A stretch of DNA of 64,000 bases from Treponemataceae bacterium (GCA_963667725.2 CAXXHO010000003.1:1-64000), one strand, 5' to 3'. Positions 38,076 to 48,211 are shown, numbered from the stretch's first letter. Notes: a model not told the origin generated them from the letters alone. A program made the numbers and translations.

Positions 38076-40253
38076 ATGTCTTCCATACCTAGCGATTATC
38101 TCGAACGTGTCTACGCGGGCTTTCTGGGCAAGAATGTGGGAATCAGGCTCGGCGCGCCCGTGGAGCCCGCCATCTGGACCTACGAACGTATCCGCGAGGT
38201 GTATGGAGACGTAAAATCGTATCTGAAGCCCTATAGGAATTTCGCCGCCGACGACGACGCCAACGGCCCCGTGTATTTCGTGCGTCCCCTGCTCGAGGCG
38301 GCGGAGAAGGCCGCGCCGAAGGCGATGCCGGGAGCGACTCCTGAGGCTGTTCCTGGGGTGGTGCCGGCAACGACGCCCGCCGATGTCGGCAGGGCCTGGC
38401 TGGACTACGCGCGGGAAGGCGTCGGAATGTTCTGGTGGGGCGGCTACGGCCGAAGCACCGAGCATACGGCCTACCTGAACCTCAAGAACGGGATCCAGGC
38501 GCCCGAATCCGGCTCCATCGAGCGGAACGGGCAGGTGCCGGCCGAGCAAATCGGCGGGCAGATTTTTATCGACACCTGGGGCCTTGTCTGGCCGGGAAAT
38601 CCCGAAAAGGCGGCGGATTACGCGGCCGCCGCCGCTTCCGTGTCCCACGACGGAGAGGGACTGCTCGGCGCGCGCTTCATCGCGGGCTGCATAGCCGCCG
38701 CCTTCGTCGAGAAGAATATCCGTTCGGTGGTCGAGATCGGCCTCGGGCTGCTTCCCGCCGATTCGAAATACGCCGAGGTGGTGAGAGCCGTCATGGATTT
38801 CCACGACGCCCATCCCGAGGACTGGCGCCCCTGCCAGGAATACCTCATCGCGTCCTGGGGCTACGACAAATGGCCAGGGCTATGCCACATCATCCCGAAC
38901 GCGGGTGTCTGCGCCCTCGCTCTCCTCTATGGAGCCGGCGATTTCGCCCGCACGGTGGAAATCGCCACGATGTGCGGATGGGATACCGACTGCAACGCCG
39001 GCAATGTGGGCACCATCGCGGGCGTGCTGTACGGGCTGGACTCGATTCCGGCGCATTACCGGGCGCCCATCAATGACGGCATCGTCCTGTCGGGTCTGCC
39101 GGGCGCGCTGAACATTCTCGACCTTCCGACTTTTTCCAGGCGACTTTGCGCCGTCGGGTACAAGCTGGCGGGAGAGCCTGTTCCCGCGCCGATCACGGCA
39201 GCCCTCGAGCGGGGCGACGGGGAGAAGGCGCTGGACTTCGATTTCCTTCTGCCGGGCTCGACGCACGGCATGAGGGTTTCCGATCCCGTGGGCTTCGCTG
39301 CCGTGCATAGGGAAGGCATGGGGCTGGAGGGCGGCGGGGCGCTGGAGTTCCGCTTCGAGCGCCTGACGAGGGAGATGAACGGGAAACTGTTCTTCAAACC
39401 ATTCTACCGACGGGCTGATTTCGACGATGAGCGATACAGCCCGGTATTTTCGCCGATCGCGAGAGCAGGACAGATCGTGAAGATCCGTTTCCGCCACGAA
39501 CGCTGGGAAGGGCAGAGCGTCGGCGTGGAAGGTTATGTGCGCGATACCTTCTCCAAGGCGGAAATCATCGCTTCCCCGATGATATTTCCCGAAGAGAAAA
39601 AGCCTTATTGGATCGAGTTCGCGATTCCGGAGACGGGCGGCGCCTCGGTGGACGAGATCGGCCTCAAGCTCACGAGTTTTTCCGGCAAGGGGAAACGCGA
39701 TTCGGGCAGGCTCCTCGTCGACAGGTTCTCGGTGAGCGGCAAGGCTCGTTATGCGATTGATATAGGAAAACAGGCCGTCGAGTTCGGATGCGTGACGCCT
39801 TTTTCCCACGAAGGCGGCTGCTGGTCCATCGACGACGGCAATCTCCATCTCATGACGCCGGTGCCCGCCGCTTCCTATACGGGCGGATACAAGGTTGGCG
39901 ATCAGAGAATCAGCGCTCAGGTTAGGCCTTTGGCCGGCGACAGTCACCTGCTCATCGCGAGAGCGGGCGGTGCCATGCGCGGCTATATGGGCGGGTTCGA
40001 CAGTAAGAACGGCATCTCCATTTTCAGGAAGGATTTCGGCGTAACGTTGCTCGCTCATGCCGATTTCGAATGGAGGCACGGAGTATCGTACGTTCTCTGT
40101 CTCGAGGTTATTGGAGATCGCATAACTTTGCTCGTGGACGGCCGCGCCGTCCTGGAAGTACGCGACGGTACCTTCTCGAGCGGAATGGTGGGCTGCGGCT
40201 CCCTCAGGGCGGCCAGGACTATGTACGGAGCCTTCGAAATTGAGGAGCTGTGA
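38076..40253 (+). CDS. Large ADP-ribosylglycohydrolase family protein with C-terminal beta-sandwich domains
   Basis: [35 protein letters not shown]; ~330-aa beta-rich C-terminus. Confidence 0.88.
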   Translation: MSSIPSDYLERVYAGFLGKNVGIRLGAPVEPAIWTYERIREVYGDVKSYLKPYRNFAADDDANGPVYFVRPLLEAAEKAAPKAMPGATPEAVPGVVPATTPADVGRAWLDYAREGVGMFWWGGYGRSTEHTAYLNLKNGIQAPESGSIERNGQVPAEQIGGQIFIDTWGLVWPGNPEKAADYAAAAASVSHDGEGLLGARFIAGCIAAAFVEKNIRSVVEIGLGLLPADSKYAEVVRAVMDFHDAHPEDWRPCQEYLIASWGYDKWPGLCHIIPNAGVCALALLYGAGDFARTVEIATMCGWDTDCNAGNVGTIAGVLYGLDSIPAHYRAPINDGIVLSGLPGALNILDLPTFSRRLCAVGYKLAGEPVPAPITAALERGDGEKALDFDFLLPGSTHGMRVSDPVGFAAVHREGMGLEGGGALEFRFERLTREMNGKLFFKPFYRRADFDDERYSPVFSPIARAGQIVKIRFRHERWEGQSVGVEGYVRDTFSKAEIIASPMIFPEEKKPYWIEFAIPETGGASVDEIGLKLTSFSGKGKRDSGRLLVDRFSVSGKARYAIDIGKQAVEFGCVTPFSHEGGCWSIDDGNLHLMTPVPAASYTGGYKVGDQRISAQVRPLAGDSHLLIARAGGAMRGYMGGFDSKNGISIFRKDFGVTLLAHADFEWRHGVSYVLCLEVIGDRITLLVDGRAVLEVRDGTFSSGMVGCGSLRAARTMYGAFEIEEL

Positions 40254-41479
40254 TGAGCAAGGATCTGTTCCGCGCCGGCTCGCGGGCGAAATCGGATTGT
40301 TCGGTCACGTATGAAAGGAACGGAGCGCCCCTTACGGCTACCGTCAGCTCGAGCGTGGGTTCCTTGTTCGGCAAAGCCATCGCCGCGGCGGCGCTGCGCG
40401 TCGCCGCCGAATTCGGTGTCATGACGGGCTCCTTTACCATCGACGACGACGGCGCCCTCGACGACACCGTGGCGGCGCGCGCCGAGGCCTCTTTAAGGCT
40501 GGCCGGCTTCTCCCGAATCCCGGAAGCGGTCCCCGCCCAAGCTCCGCTCGCCGACGCCCCGGCCGCGGCTCGGCCAGCCAACGCGCGCGCCGCTTCCCCT
40601 CGGGGCAGACCTCGCCGCGCTCGCCTGTACCTGCCCGGCGACCAGCCCCATCTGGCGGTCAACGCCGGCCTATTCGGCGCCGATTGCCTCGTCTTCGACC
40701 TCGAAGACGCTGTCGTCGCCGAGTGCAAGTTCGAGACCCGCATCCTCGTGCGCCGCGTCCTCGAAGAGAGCCTCATGCTCGGGGACTGCGAGATCGCCGT
40801 CCGCGTCAATCCGCTTTCGGGGCCGTGGGGAAAGGGCGACCTCGCCGAGATCGTAAAGGCCAGGCCACACGCTATCGTTTTCCCGAAATGCGAATCAGCC
40901 GCCGACGTGGAAGAAGCCGACAGGGAAATCTCAATTCTGGAAGAAGCCGCGGGCGTTCCCGCGGGCTCGATATATCTCATGCCCCTCATCGAAACCGCCG
41001 CGGGCGCGCTCAACGCGAAAGAGATAGCCAAGGCTTCGCCGCGCAACGTCGCCCTCCTTTTCGGGCGCGAGGATTTTTCGCGCGACATCGGAGCGGTCCC
41101 CGTCGCGGCGTTGCCCGGCGCCGAGAGCCTCCTGGCCAGGCAGATGATCGTGCTCGCGGCCAGAGCCGCCAGAATCGATCCGTTGGATTCAACCTACGCC
41201 GATGTCGGCGACGAGGAGGGCTTGAAAGCCTCCTGCGAGGAAGCGAGGGCCCTCGGTTTCGCCGGCAAGGGCGTCCTCCATCCCGCCCAGATACCCATCG
41301 TCATGAAAGCCTTCCACCCCACGGAGGAAGAAGCCACGCGCGCCGAAAAAATCGTCGCGGCCTTCGACGCGGCCGCGGCCGAAGGCCGGGGCGCCATATC
41401 GGTGGACGGGGCCATGGTCGACGCGCCGGTCGCGGAAAAAGCCCGCGGCATTCTTCGCGATTACAGGGGAGCGCTCTGA
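40250..41479 (+). CDS. citE: Citrate lyase gamma (ACP-like, CitD)-beta (CitE) fusion
   Basis: N-terminal AGSRAKSD...SSVGSLFG...DDDGALD...ARAE matches CitD; then [44 protein letters not shown] (CitE). Confidence 0.85.
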   Translation: MMSKDLFRAGSRAKSDCSVTYERNGAPLTATVSSSVGSLFGKAIAAAALRVAAEFGVMTGSFTIDDDGALDDTVAARAEASLRLAGFSRIPEAVPAQAPLADAPAAARPANARAASPRGRPRRARLYLPGDQPHLAVNAGLFGADCLVFDLEDAVVAECKFETRILVRRVLEESLMLGDCEIAVRVNPLSGPWGKGDLAEIVKARPHAIVFPKCESAADVEEADREISILEEAAGVPAGSIYLMPLIETAAGALNAKEIAKASPRNVALLFGREDFSRDIGAVPVAALPGAESLLARQMIVLAARAARIDPLDSTYADVGDEEGLKASCEEARALGFAGKGVLHPAQIPIVMKAFHPTEEEATRAEKIVAAFDAAAAEGRGAISVDGAMVDAPVAEKARGILRDYRGAL

Positions 41480-41480
41480 T

Positions 41481-43079
41481 ATGGAATGGAACACCACCTC
41501 GCTCGGACGTGTCGTCCCGGCCGAAATCGACGGTAAAAAGCTGACCCCCTTCGCCGGCGCCTTCGCCGATCCACGCGCCGCGGCCGTCAGTTCTGAGCGG
41601 TCCGACCAGCGCGCCGCGGCCGCAGCCGCCCCCTCCATGCGGCAAACCCTTCGCCCCATTCCCTCGCGCGGCCGGCCGGTTAAGCTCGTCTCCGGCTGGA
41701 ACGACCTTTTCGACCGCCTGGAGCTTCGCGACGGAGCCACCATTTCCTTTCATCACCATCTTCGCGACGGCGACCGAATCGTGCTGGAAGTGGTTTCCCG
41801 GCTCGCGGCCCGGGGGCTTCGCGGCCTCAGGATCGCGCCCACGGCCCTCTTTCCCGTCCACGAAGGCCTTCTGCCCTTCATCCGCTCGGGCGTTGTCGCC
41901 AGGGTCGAAGGATCGATGTATGGCGCGATAGGGGCCGCCTGCTCCAAGGGCGAAATCCCGGAACTCTGCGTCCTGCGCTCCCACGGAGGCCGGCAGAGGG
42001 CTGTCCAGGAAGGCGAACTCGTCATCGACGCGGCCTTCATCGCCGCGCCCTGCGCCGATCCCTTCGGCAACGCCAACGGTCTCTCCGGAAAATCCGCCTG
42101 CGGCCCCTTGGGCTATGCCTTGCCCGATTCGCAGAACGCCCGAAAGGTGGCCGTCATCACCGACGGCCTCGTGCCCTATCCCTGCCATCACTGGTCGATC
42201 AAGGGCGCCAACGTCGATTATGTGCTCGAAGTGGAGAGCATCGGCGACAGCGCGAAGATCGTCTCCGGCAGCACGAAGCTGACGAGAAGCCCGACCCAGC
42301 TGCTGATAGCTGACATGACCGCCCGTTTCATAGAAGCCGCAGGCATCATGAAGGAAGGCTTTTCCTTCCAGGCGGGAGCGGGGGGCATTTCCCTCGCGGC
42401 GACCGTCTTCCTCGCCGAACGGATGCGCAAGGCAGGAGTGAAAGCTTCCTTCGCCCACGGCGGCGCCACGAAAGTCCTCGTCGACCTTCTCGAGGAAGGC
42501 CTTCTCGGCTCCATCGTTGATCTCCAGAGTTTCGACCTGGACGCCGCGCTCTCATGCGCCCGGGATCCGCGCCACATCGAATCCGATCCCTTTTCCTCCT
42601 ACGGACCGCGGTCGGCGGGCTGCGTCGCGAACATGCTCGACGTGGCAATCCTAGGCGCCACCGAAGTGGACCTCGACTTCAACGTCAACGTGAACACCCA
42701 TTCGGACGGCCTGCTTCTCCACGGCATCGGCGGCCACACCGACGCAGCCTCGGGCGCTGGCTGCACGATCATCACCGCGCCTTCTTTCAGAAAGCGCATC
42801 CCCATCGTGCGGGAAAGGGTGACGACGCTGACCTGCCCGGGCGAAGTGGTCGACGTGATCGTCACCGAGCGCGGCATCGCCATCAATCCCGCCCGCCCTG
42901 ACCTGATCGAGCGCTCATGTCGTGCTGGATTGCCCCTGGTGGACCTGCCTCGGCTCATGGAGGATGTCCGCAAAATCACCGGCATTCCCGAAGCGCCTCG
43001 CTTCAAGGACAGGCCGGTCGCCCTCATCGAATGGCGCGACGGGACGGTCATCGATGTCGTGAGAGAGTTGGATCTCTAA
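41481..43079 (+). CDS. citF: Citrate lyase alpha subunit / citrate CoA-transferase
   Basis: ISFHHHLRDGD, RSHGGR, CGPLGYA, QAGAGG, GGHTDA, IEWRDGTVIDVV. Confidence 0.93.
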   Translation: MEWNTTSLGRVVPAEIDGKKLTPFAGAFADPRAAAVSSERSDQRAAAAAAPSMRQTLRPIPSRGRPVKLVSGWNDLFDRLELRDGATISFHHHLRDGDRIVLEVVSRLAARGLRGLRIAPTALFPVHEGLLPFIRSGVVARVEGSMYGAIGAACSKGEIPELCVLRSHGGRQRAVQEGELVIDAAFIAAPCADPFGNANGLSGKSACGPLGYALPDSQNARKVAVITDGLVPYPCHHWSIKGANVDYVLEVESIGDSAKIVSGSTKLTRSPTQLLIADMTARFIEAAGIMKEGFSFQAGAGGISLAATVFLAERMRKAGVKASFAHGGATKVLVDLLEEGLLGSIVDLQSFDLDAALSCARDPRHIESDPFSSYGPRSAGCVANMLDVAILGATEVDLDFNVNVNTHSDGLLLHGIGGHTDAASGAGCTIITAPSFRKRIPIVRERVTTLTCPGEVVDVIVTERGIAINPARPDLIERSCRAGLPLVDLPRLMEDVRKITGIPEAPRFKDRPVALIEWRDGTVIDVVRELDL

Positions 43080-43129
43080 ATAGTCCTATTTATACCGATA
43101 CCCCCTATACATAAAACCCGAAATTCTGT

Positions 43130-43148
43130 ATGTTAACAGTGTTAACAT
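43130..43148. promoter_or_regulatory. TetR-type operator palindrome
   Basis: ATGTTAACA-G-TGTTAACAT, 23 nt before the TetR ATG. Confidence 0.85.
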
Positions 43149-43171
43149 GCCTGACTGAAAAAGGGGATTTC

Positions 43172-43816
43172 ATGCTTGAGGCGGAAAAAGGCACGAGCCG
43201 GCGAATTCGCGAGGCCGCCAAGAAGATCATCTCCGAAGAAGGCATGGAAGCCCTCTCGATGAGGAAGCTCGGCAAAGCCGTGGGCTTGAGCCAGGCGGCT
43301 GTGTATCGCCACTACAGGGACAAGGAAGCGCTCATACTGGCAGTCGTGGGCGAAGGTTATTCAGGCATCGTCGCGACCCTGGAATCGATCGCGGCTTCCG
43401 CTTCCTCCACCGAGGACTTTTTCCGGAAGTCGCTGAGAGGCTACGTGGAGTGGGCGTTATCCGACCCTGCCATGTTCAAGGCTCTGGCCCTGCGCGACGC
43501 TGGGCCGGCGGCTCGCCAGGTCAATTCTCTTTCGCCGGGCGTCTCGGCAAAACGAGAGACCTTCCAGATCCTCGTGGCGAAACTTGTGGAAGGGATGGCC
43601 GATGGCTCAGTGGCGAAGGTCGATCCGGAACTTTTGGCGCAGGTTCTTTGGATGTGGGTATTCGGCATCGCCGCCCGCCTTGTCCTGGAGCCGGAAATTC
43701 CGCCCCAGCACAGGGAAAAACTGATCGTAAACGCGGGGATAATGATATCCCGCAGCCTCAGGCCCGAAAGGGCTGAGGAAGATAGCCGCGACGCGGCCAA
43801 GGAGAAAGGACAATGA
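43172..43816 (+). CDS. TetR/AcrR family regulator
   Basis: EGMEALSMRKLGKAVGLSQAAVYRHYRDKEAL. Confidence 0.93.
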   Translation: MLEAEKGTSRRIREAAKKIISEEGMEALSMRKLGKAVGLSQAAVYRHYRDKEALILAVVGEGYSGIVATLESIAASASSTEDFFRKSLRGYVEWALSDPAMFKALALRDAGPAARQVNSLSPGVSAKRETFQILVAKLVEGMADGSVAKVDPELLAQVLWMWVFGIAARLVLEPEIPPQHREKLIVNAGIMISRSLRPERAEEDSRDAAKEKGQ

Positions 43817-44295
43817 AACTATTGGTCCTGTATGACACGAAACATGGAACGACAGCCGAGGTGGCCAGGGCCATAGCCTCGGCGTCGGGCGGAACCGCCG
43901 TCCCGCTGGCGGACTGTCCGGCATCGCTCGCCGGCTACGACAAGGTCGTGCTGGGCGCCCCCGTCTATTTCGGCCAATGGTCGAAAGCGCTCGGCGCCCT
44001 CGCCCTCGAGCGCCAAAACGAGCTTTCCGGCCCGAAGCTCTATGCCTTCGCGCTGGGCATGATGCCGAACGACCATGCCGGGGTAGTGAAGGCGACTCTG
44101 CCGGCCACTCTCGCCGATAAAATCGGGGGCATCCAGTGTTTCGGCGGACGCATCGATCCGGCGAAGCTGGGTTTCGCCGAACGCTTTATAACGAAAATGG
44201 TGTCGAAGGCTTCGGCCAAGCAGGGGCAGGCAACGGTCGAACTCGATCTCGCCGCCGCGGCGGAATTCGGAAGGAGGCTTCGCGATGAAGCCTAA
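43813..44295 (+). CDS. Flavodoxin-domain protein (HemG-like)
   Basis: YDTKHGTTAEVA, GAPVYFG, FGGRID. Confidence 0.85.
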   Translation: MKLLVLYDTKHGTTAEVARAIASASGGTAVPLADCPASLAGYDKVVLGAPVYFGQWSKALGALALERQNELSGPKLYAFALGMMPNDHAGVVKATLPATLADKIGGIQCFGGRIDPAKLGFAERFITKMVSKASAKQGQATVELDLAAAAEFGRRLRDEA

Positions 44296-44662
44296 GGCGA
44301 GTCCCTTCCTCATCGCCCTCATGCTGGTGTCTCTTGGGTTGGCTTCTTCCTGCGCCATGGATCCCGTGCCCGTGGCGGTGATGCCTGATATCTCGGCCAA
44401 GACCGACGGTGTCTACACAGGCGGCTACGATGGCGGCCTCGTCAAGGCCACCGTCGCGGTCACGCTGAGAGCCGGGCGGATCGACGCCATAAAAATCGTG
44501 AGTCACGACTGCAGTCCCGTCGGGAAAAAGGGCGAAGCGGTGGTCGACCGCGTCGTCGAGAGGCAGACCCTCGCGGTGGATGTCGTGTCGGGAGCCACCG
44601 GTTCCAGCATGGTGCTTCTCAAAGCTATCGAAATCGCCATTTCAGGAGAACCCGGTACTTGA
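44285..44662 (+). CDS. FMN-binding domain lipoprotein
   Basis: Lipobox LASS-C; DGVYTG; DVVSGATGSS flavinylation motif. Confidence 0.88.
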   Translation: MKPKASPFLIALMLVSLGLASSCAMDPVPVAVMPDISAKTDGVYTGGYDGGLVKATVAVTLRAGRIDAIKIVSHDCSPVGKKGEAVVDRVVERQTLAVDVVSGATGSSMVLLKAIEIAISGEPGT

Positions 44663-44707
44663 CAAATTTCACAGACTTTATTAGTGTATTAGCTATCTAA
44701 TACACTA
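44659..44707 (+). promoter_or_regulatory. Promoter overlapped by a YtrA/GntR-type operator
   Basis: TTGACA (44659)-17-TAGTGT; palindrome TAGTGTATTAG-CTAT-CTAATACACTA at 44682-44707. Confidence 0.85.
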
Positions 44708-44714
44708 GGAGTGT

Positions 44715-45674
44715 GTGATGGTAAAGATTCAGTCCATGACCTTCGGGTATGGTAAGAGACCGCTCTTCGAGGGTCTCGATCTGAGGCTCGAACCGGGTAC
44801 GGTATTCGGCCTCTTGGGCCTTAACGGGGCCGGCAAGACGAGTTTGTTGAAGCTTCTCGCCGGCGCCCTCAGCCCTCAGTCGGGCTCGATAAGCGTCTTC
44901 GACGCCGAGCCCCGGCGGAGGGAAGCGGCTTTTCTGGCGGACACGGTCTTCGTGCCCGAGGACCCCTGGCTGCCGGCCATAAAGCCCTCGGCCTGGCTGG
45001 AACGCTACGCTGTGTTCCGCCCTGCCTTCAACAGGAAGGCCTTCCTCGAACTGGCCCACGAATTCGCGCTGGACGAGGACAAGCTTCTCACCCGATATTC
45101 CTACGGCCAGCGAAAGAAATTCGCTCTCGCCGCCGCCCTGTCGAGCGGTTCACGGCTCATCCTTCTCGACGAGCCGACCAACGGTCTCGACATCCCTTCC
45201 AAATCCCAATTCAGGCGCGCCCTCGCGTCCTCAGCCGAGGCGGACAGGATCATCGTCGTATCCACCCATCAGGTCCGCGACCTCGAGCGCCTGATCGATC
45301 CCGCTGTCATAGTCCATGGAGGGAAGATACTCTTCAGCCTCGGCTCGGAAATGATGGCCGCGAGACTAGGCTCCGGCCATGTGCGGGAGCTGGGTCCCGA
45401 TGTCGTCTACGCCGAAAAGGACAGGGTGGGGTACTCCGTCCTCCTCAAGCGTTCCTCCGACAATACCGGCTCCGGCGAAATCCAGACCGCCGATCTCGAA
45501 CTCGTTTTCAACGCGGCGATCGCCGCGCCGCGGCGCCTCGAAGCCGCTCTCCGCGGCGAATCGCTGCGCCCTCTCGATCCCGCGGACGCGGCCCAGGCGG
45601 CTGACGCGGCACGAACGGCGGATCGGACCTCTTCCGGCGCGGCGAAAGACTATGCCGAGGAGGCCTCGAAATGA
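44715..45674 (+). CDS. ABC transporter ATP-binding protein (YtrB-like)
   Basis: GLNGAGKTS, YSYGQ, LDEPTNGLD, STH. Confidence 0.92.
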   Translation: MMVKIQSMTFGYGKRPLFEGLDLRLEPGTVFGLLGLNGAGKTSLLKLLAGALSPQSGSISVFDAEPRRREAAFLADTVFVPEDPWLPAIKPSAWLERYAVFRPAFNRKAFLELAHEFALDEDKLLTRYSYGQRKKFALAAALSSGSRLILLDEPTNGLDIPSKSQFRRALASSAEADRIIVVSTHQVRDLERLIDPAVIVHGGKILFSLGSEMMAARLGSGHVRELGPDVVYAEKDRVGYSVLLKRSSDNTGSGEIQTADLELVFNAAIAAPRRLEAALRGESLRPLDPADAAQAADAARTADRTSSGAAKDYAEEASK

Positions 45675-46468
45675 CCAACGCGACGTTGAATAAAACATTC
45701 AGCTTTGAGAGGCTGGCCCTCCTCGTGAGGAATCGCGCCTTTGAGGATTTCCCGTCCATCGCCATCGTCGCCGGAATTCTGGCGGGGATCAATCTCCTGT
45801 CCATTCTCATTGTCGGAAAGGCTGTCATGAACGATCCCGACGGCCAGTCCTGGATCTTCACGATAAGCCTCGCGGGACTCATCCTGGCTGGCTCCGCGTT
45901 CAAGGGCATGCACGACGGGCGTTCGGGCACCGACTGGCTTCTTCTTCCCGCCACAAGCCTCGAAAAGTACGCCGCCGCCCTGGTTTCCTATCTGATCCTC
46001 CTCCCCGTCGCCGCGGCGATCGGAGCCACCGGACTTTCGGCTATTCTCTCCCTCATCGAGCTGATAGCCGGAGGGCAGGGGGGGAGAATCCTGAACCCCA
46101 TCCAGGCTTTTGGCTTCAAGGGATGGATCGATTTCGCGACGGGAGCCCTTGTCCTCGCCGCAGGATCGGCCACGTTCAGGAAGAGGGCGCTGATCAAGAC
46201 CCTCGGCATCGTCATCGTCACCGTCCTCGTCGCCTCCGGACTTCTCTTCGTCGCCTTCATCGGCGTCAGGGGAATCCAAGGTCTTCCCGTTCCCTTCGTC
46301 AGGATGTCCGACGGCGGCTGGAATATCAACGGCGACATGTCGATGAAGGCCTCGCCGGCCCTCGATGTGCTGCTGGGCATCGTCCGTTATGCCTTCGTCC
46401 CGCTTTTTGCCCTGCTCTACGGCTACTTCCGCGTCGCGGAAAAGGAAGCGCGCGATGAGGTTCAATGA
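45671..46468 (+). CDS. ABC-2 type permease
   Basis: 6 TM segments; LLLPATSLEK motif. Confidence 0.8.
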   Translation: MTNATLNKTFSFERLALLVRNRAFEDFPSIAIVAGILAGINLLSILIVGKAVMNDPDGQSWIFTISLAGLILAGSAFKGMHDGRSGTDWLLLPATSLEKYAAALVSYLILLPVAAAIGATGLSAILSLIELIAGGQGGRILNPIQAFGFKGWIDFATGALVLAAGSATFRKRALIKTLGIVIVTVLVASGLLFVAFIGVRGIQGLPVPFVRMSDGGWNINGDMSMKASPALDVLLGIVRYAFVPLFALLYGYFRVAEKEARDEVQ

Positions 46469-46880
46469 CGAGAAACCGATTTTCGCCCAGATCGCCGAGC
46501 TTTTCGCCGACGACATCGTGGCGGGCAGAATACCGGCGGGGGAGAGGCTGCCTTCGGCGAGGGACATAGCCTCATCGCTTGAAGTGAACCCCAACACCGC
46601 CGCCCGCGCCCTGCAGTCTCTGGCCGAATCGGGCATAGCCCGTGTCGAGCGGGGCACCGGCTATTACGTGTCCGAAACGGGCGCGAGCAAAGCCAGGGAA
46701 ATCAAGCGCGCCCGCTTCCTCGACGAGGAGCTGCCGCGATTTTTCAGATCGATGGCTGACCTCGAGATTGCGTTCGAGGAAATAGAATCGCGGTGGACCG
46801 GCCTCGCGGCCGCCGCCGCCGCAGCGACCCCCGCAGCCTCAGCGGCCCCAGCGGCCGATGACAAGGATGGAATAGCATGA
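46455..46880 (+). CDS. GntR family regulator, YtrA subfamily
   Basis: PIFAQI, RLPSARDIA, VNPNT, RGTGYYV; short C-terminal domain. Confidence 0.93.
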   Translation: MRFNDEKPIFAQIAELFADDIVAGRIPAGERLPSARDIASSLEVNPNTAARALQSLAESGIARVERGTGYYVSETGASKAREIKRARFLDEELPRFFRSMADLEIAFEEIESRWTGLAAAAAAATPAASAAPAADDKDGIA

Positions 46881-46972
46881 AAACAAGCAACCGGCTTTTA
46901 TTGATTTTCGGTATCGCGGCGCTCGTCCTCATCGTCGCGGCGGCGATCATCGCCGGCACGACGATAGCCTGA
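46877..46972 (+). CDS. 31-aa single-TM small protein or truncated gene remnant (MKTSNRLLLIFGIAALVLIVAAAIIAGTTIA)
   Basis: ATGA overlap with the GntR stop; hydrophobic helix; terminator directly after. Confidence 0.65.
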   Translation: MKTSNRLLLIFGIAALVLIVAAAIIAGTTIA

Positions 46973-46990
46973 TCCGCCAATGGGTTACAT

Positions 46991-47025
46991 ACCCCGCGGC
47001 TTGCCGCGGGGTTGTTGATTTTTCC
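46991..47025 (+). terminator. Rho-independent terminator
   Basis: ACCCCGCGGC-TT-GCCGCGGGGT then TGTTGATTTTT. Confidence 0.7.
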
Positions 47026-47134
47026 GCGGCGCTCTTGTCCTCTCCGATCATTTCCTGTACTTTTTAATTGAGGTTCCGGGAAAAGCGCGATAAAACCCTT
47101 TTTCCGGAACCTACAATATTTTTGGAGACGCCCC

Positions 47135-48211
47135 GTGGACGTCCACGTTCTTCCCAAGCCGGTAAACGCCCTCATGGCCACCCGGCTCGTTCAGCAAACG
47201 ACATTCTGGAGCCGGGTCAAGAGAAGCCTCGGCTGGAAAGTCCTCGCCTTCGATATAAAAGCCGATGGTTCGCCCTCCGGCGATGTCCTCCTCCTCCTGC
47301 GCGACGTGGGCGGAGGCATGAGCATCGCCTATTCCCCCTTCGGTCCCGAAAAACTCCCGGACGATGACAATCGTGGTCTCTACCTCTCCGCCCTGTCCTC
47401 CGAACTCTGCCGGTACCTGGGACCGGGCTGCCTCTTCGTGCGTTGGGATCTGCCCTGGACTTCTCCCTATGCCGAGGAGGAGGATCGCTACGACAGCGCC
47501 GGCTACTGGCTCGGTCCGCCCGAAACGCGCCTGGCGGAACTCAGGATGAACTGGGGCGTGCCCGACGTGGGCCTGCGCAAATCGCCCAGCGATATTCTCC
47601 CTCCCGACACCATTCTCGTGGATCTGCGGGGCGGCGATTCGGCTCTCCTGGCACGGATGAAGCCCAAGACTCGCTACAATATACGCCTCTCGGCGAAAAA
47701 GGGCGTGTCGGTGCGGGAAGGAAGCTTGACCGACTTGGGGCTCTGGCAGAGACTCTATTCCGCGACCGCCCGACGAAATGGCATCGTTCCCCACGAGCAA
47801 CGCTTCTTCCAGGCTCTTTCGCAGGGCGAGAATTCCGATGCCAAGGTAAGGCTCCTCATAGCGGAGAGGGATGAAAAACCCTTGGCTGCGATGTTCCTCT
47901 CCATGTCAGCCGACAGGGCCACCTACCTGTACGGCGCTTCGTCGGGGGAGGAGAGGAACCTGATGGCGCCCTACGCGCTGCAATGGGCCGCCATGGGTCT
48001 GGCCAGGCGGGAAGGATGCGCGAGCTACGATCTGTTCGGCGTTGCTCCCCGCCCCGATCCCGATCACCCGATGTACGGGCTCTTCGTTTTCAAGAGCGGA
48101 TTCGGCGGCTCGATGCTTCACCGCCAGGGCTCGTGGGATTACCCCTACGATGAAAAAGCCTATGAAATGTACCTGGCCCGGGAATCGATGAGCTCGGGAT
48201 TCCATCTCTAG
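47135..48211 (+). CDS. FemAB/FemX family lipid II aminoacyl (glycyl) transferase
   Basis: QTTFWSRVK, MKPKTRYNIR, YLYGAS, LQWAAM, YDLFG, FKSGFGG. Confidence 0.9.
   Translation: MDVHVLPKPVNALMATRLVQQTTFWSRVKRSLGWKVLAFDIKADGSPSGDVLLLLRDVGGGMSIAYSPFGPEKLPDDDNRGLYLSALSSELCRYLGPGCLFVRWDLPWTSPYAEEEDRYDSAGYWLGPPETRLAELRMNWGVPDVGLRKSPSDILPPDTILVDLRGGDSALLARMKPKTRYNIRLSAKKGVSVREGSLTDLGLWQRLYSATARRNGIVPHEQRFFQALSQGENSDAKVRLLIAERDEKPLAAMFLSMSADRATYLYGASSGEERNLMAPYALQWAAMGLARREGCASYDLFGVAPRPDPDHPMYGLFVFKSGFGGSMLHRQGSWDYPYDEKAYEMYLARESMSSGFHL

Noticed and set aside
35902..38076. Long antisense ORFs (this 724-aa one, 55326-56630, 59421-60596 and others)
   Set aside because: They are shadows of GC-rich sense genes with clear family motifs and have no motifs of their own.
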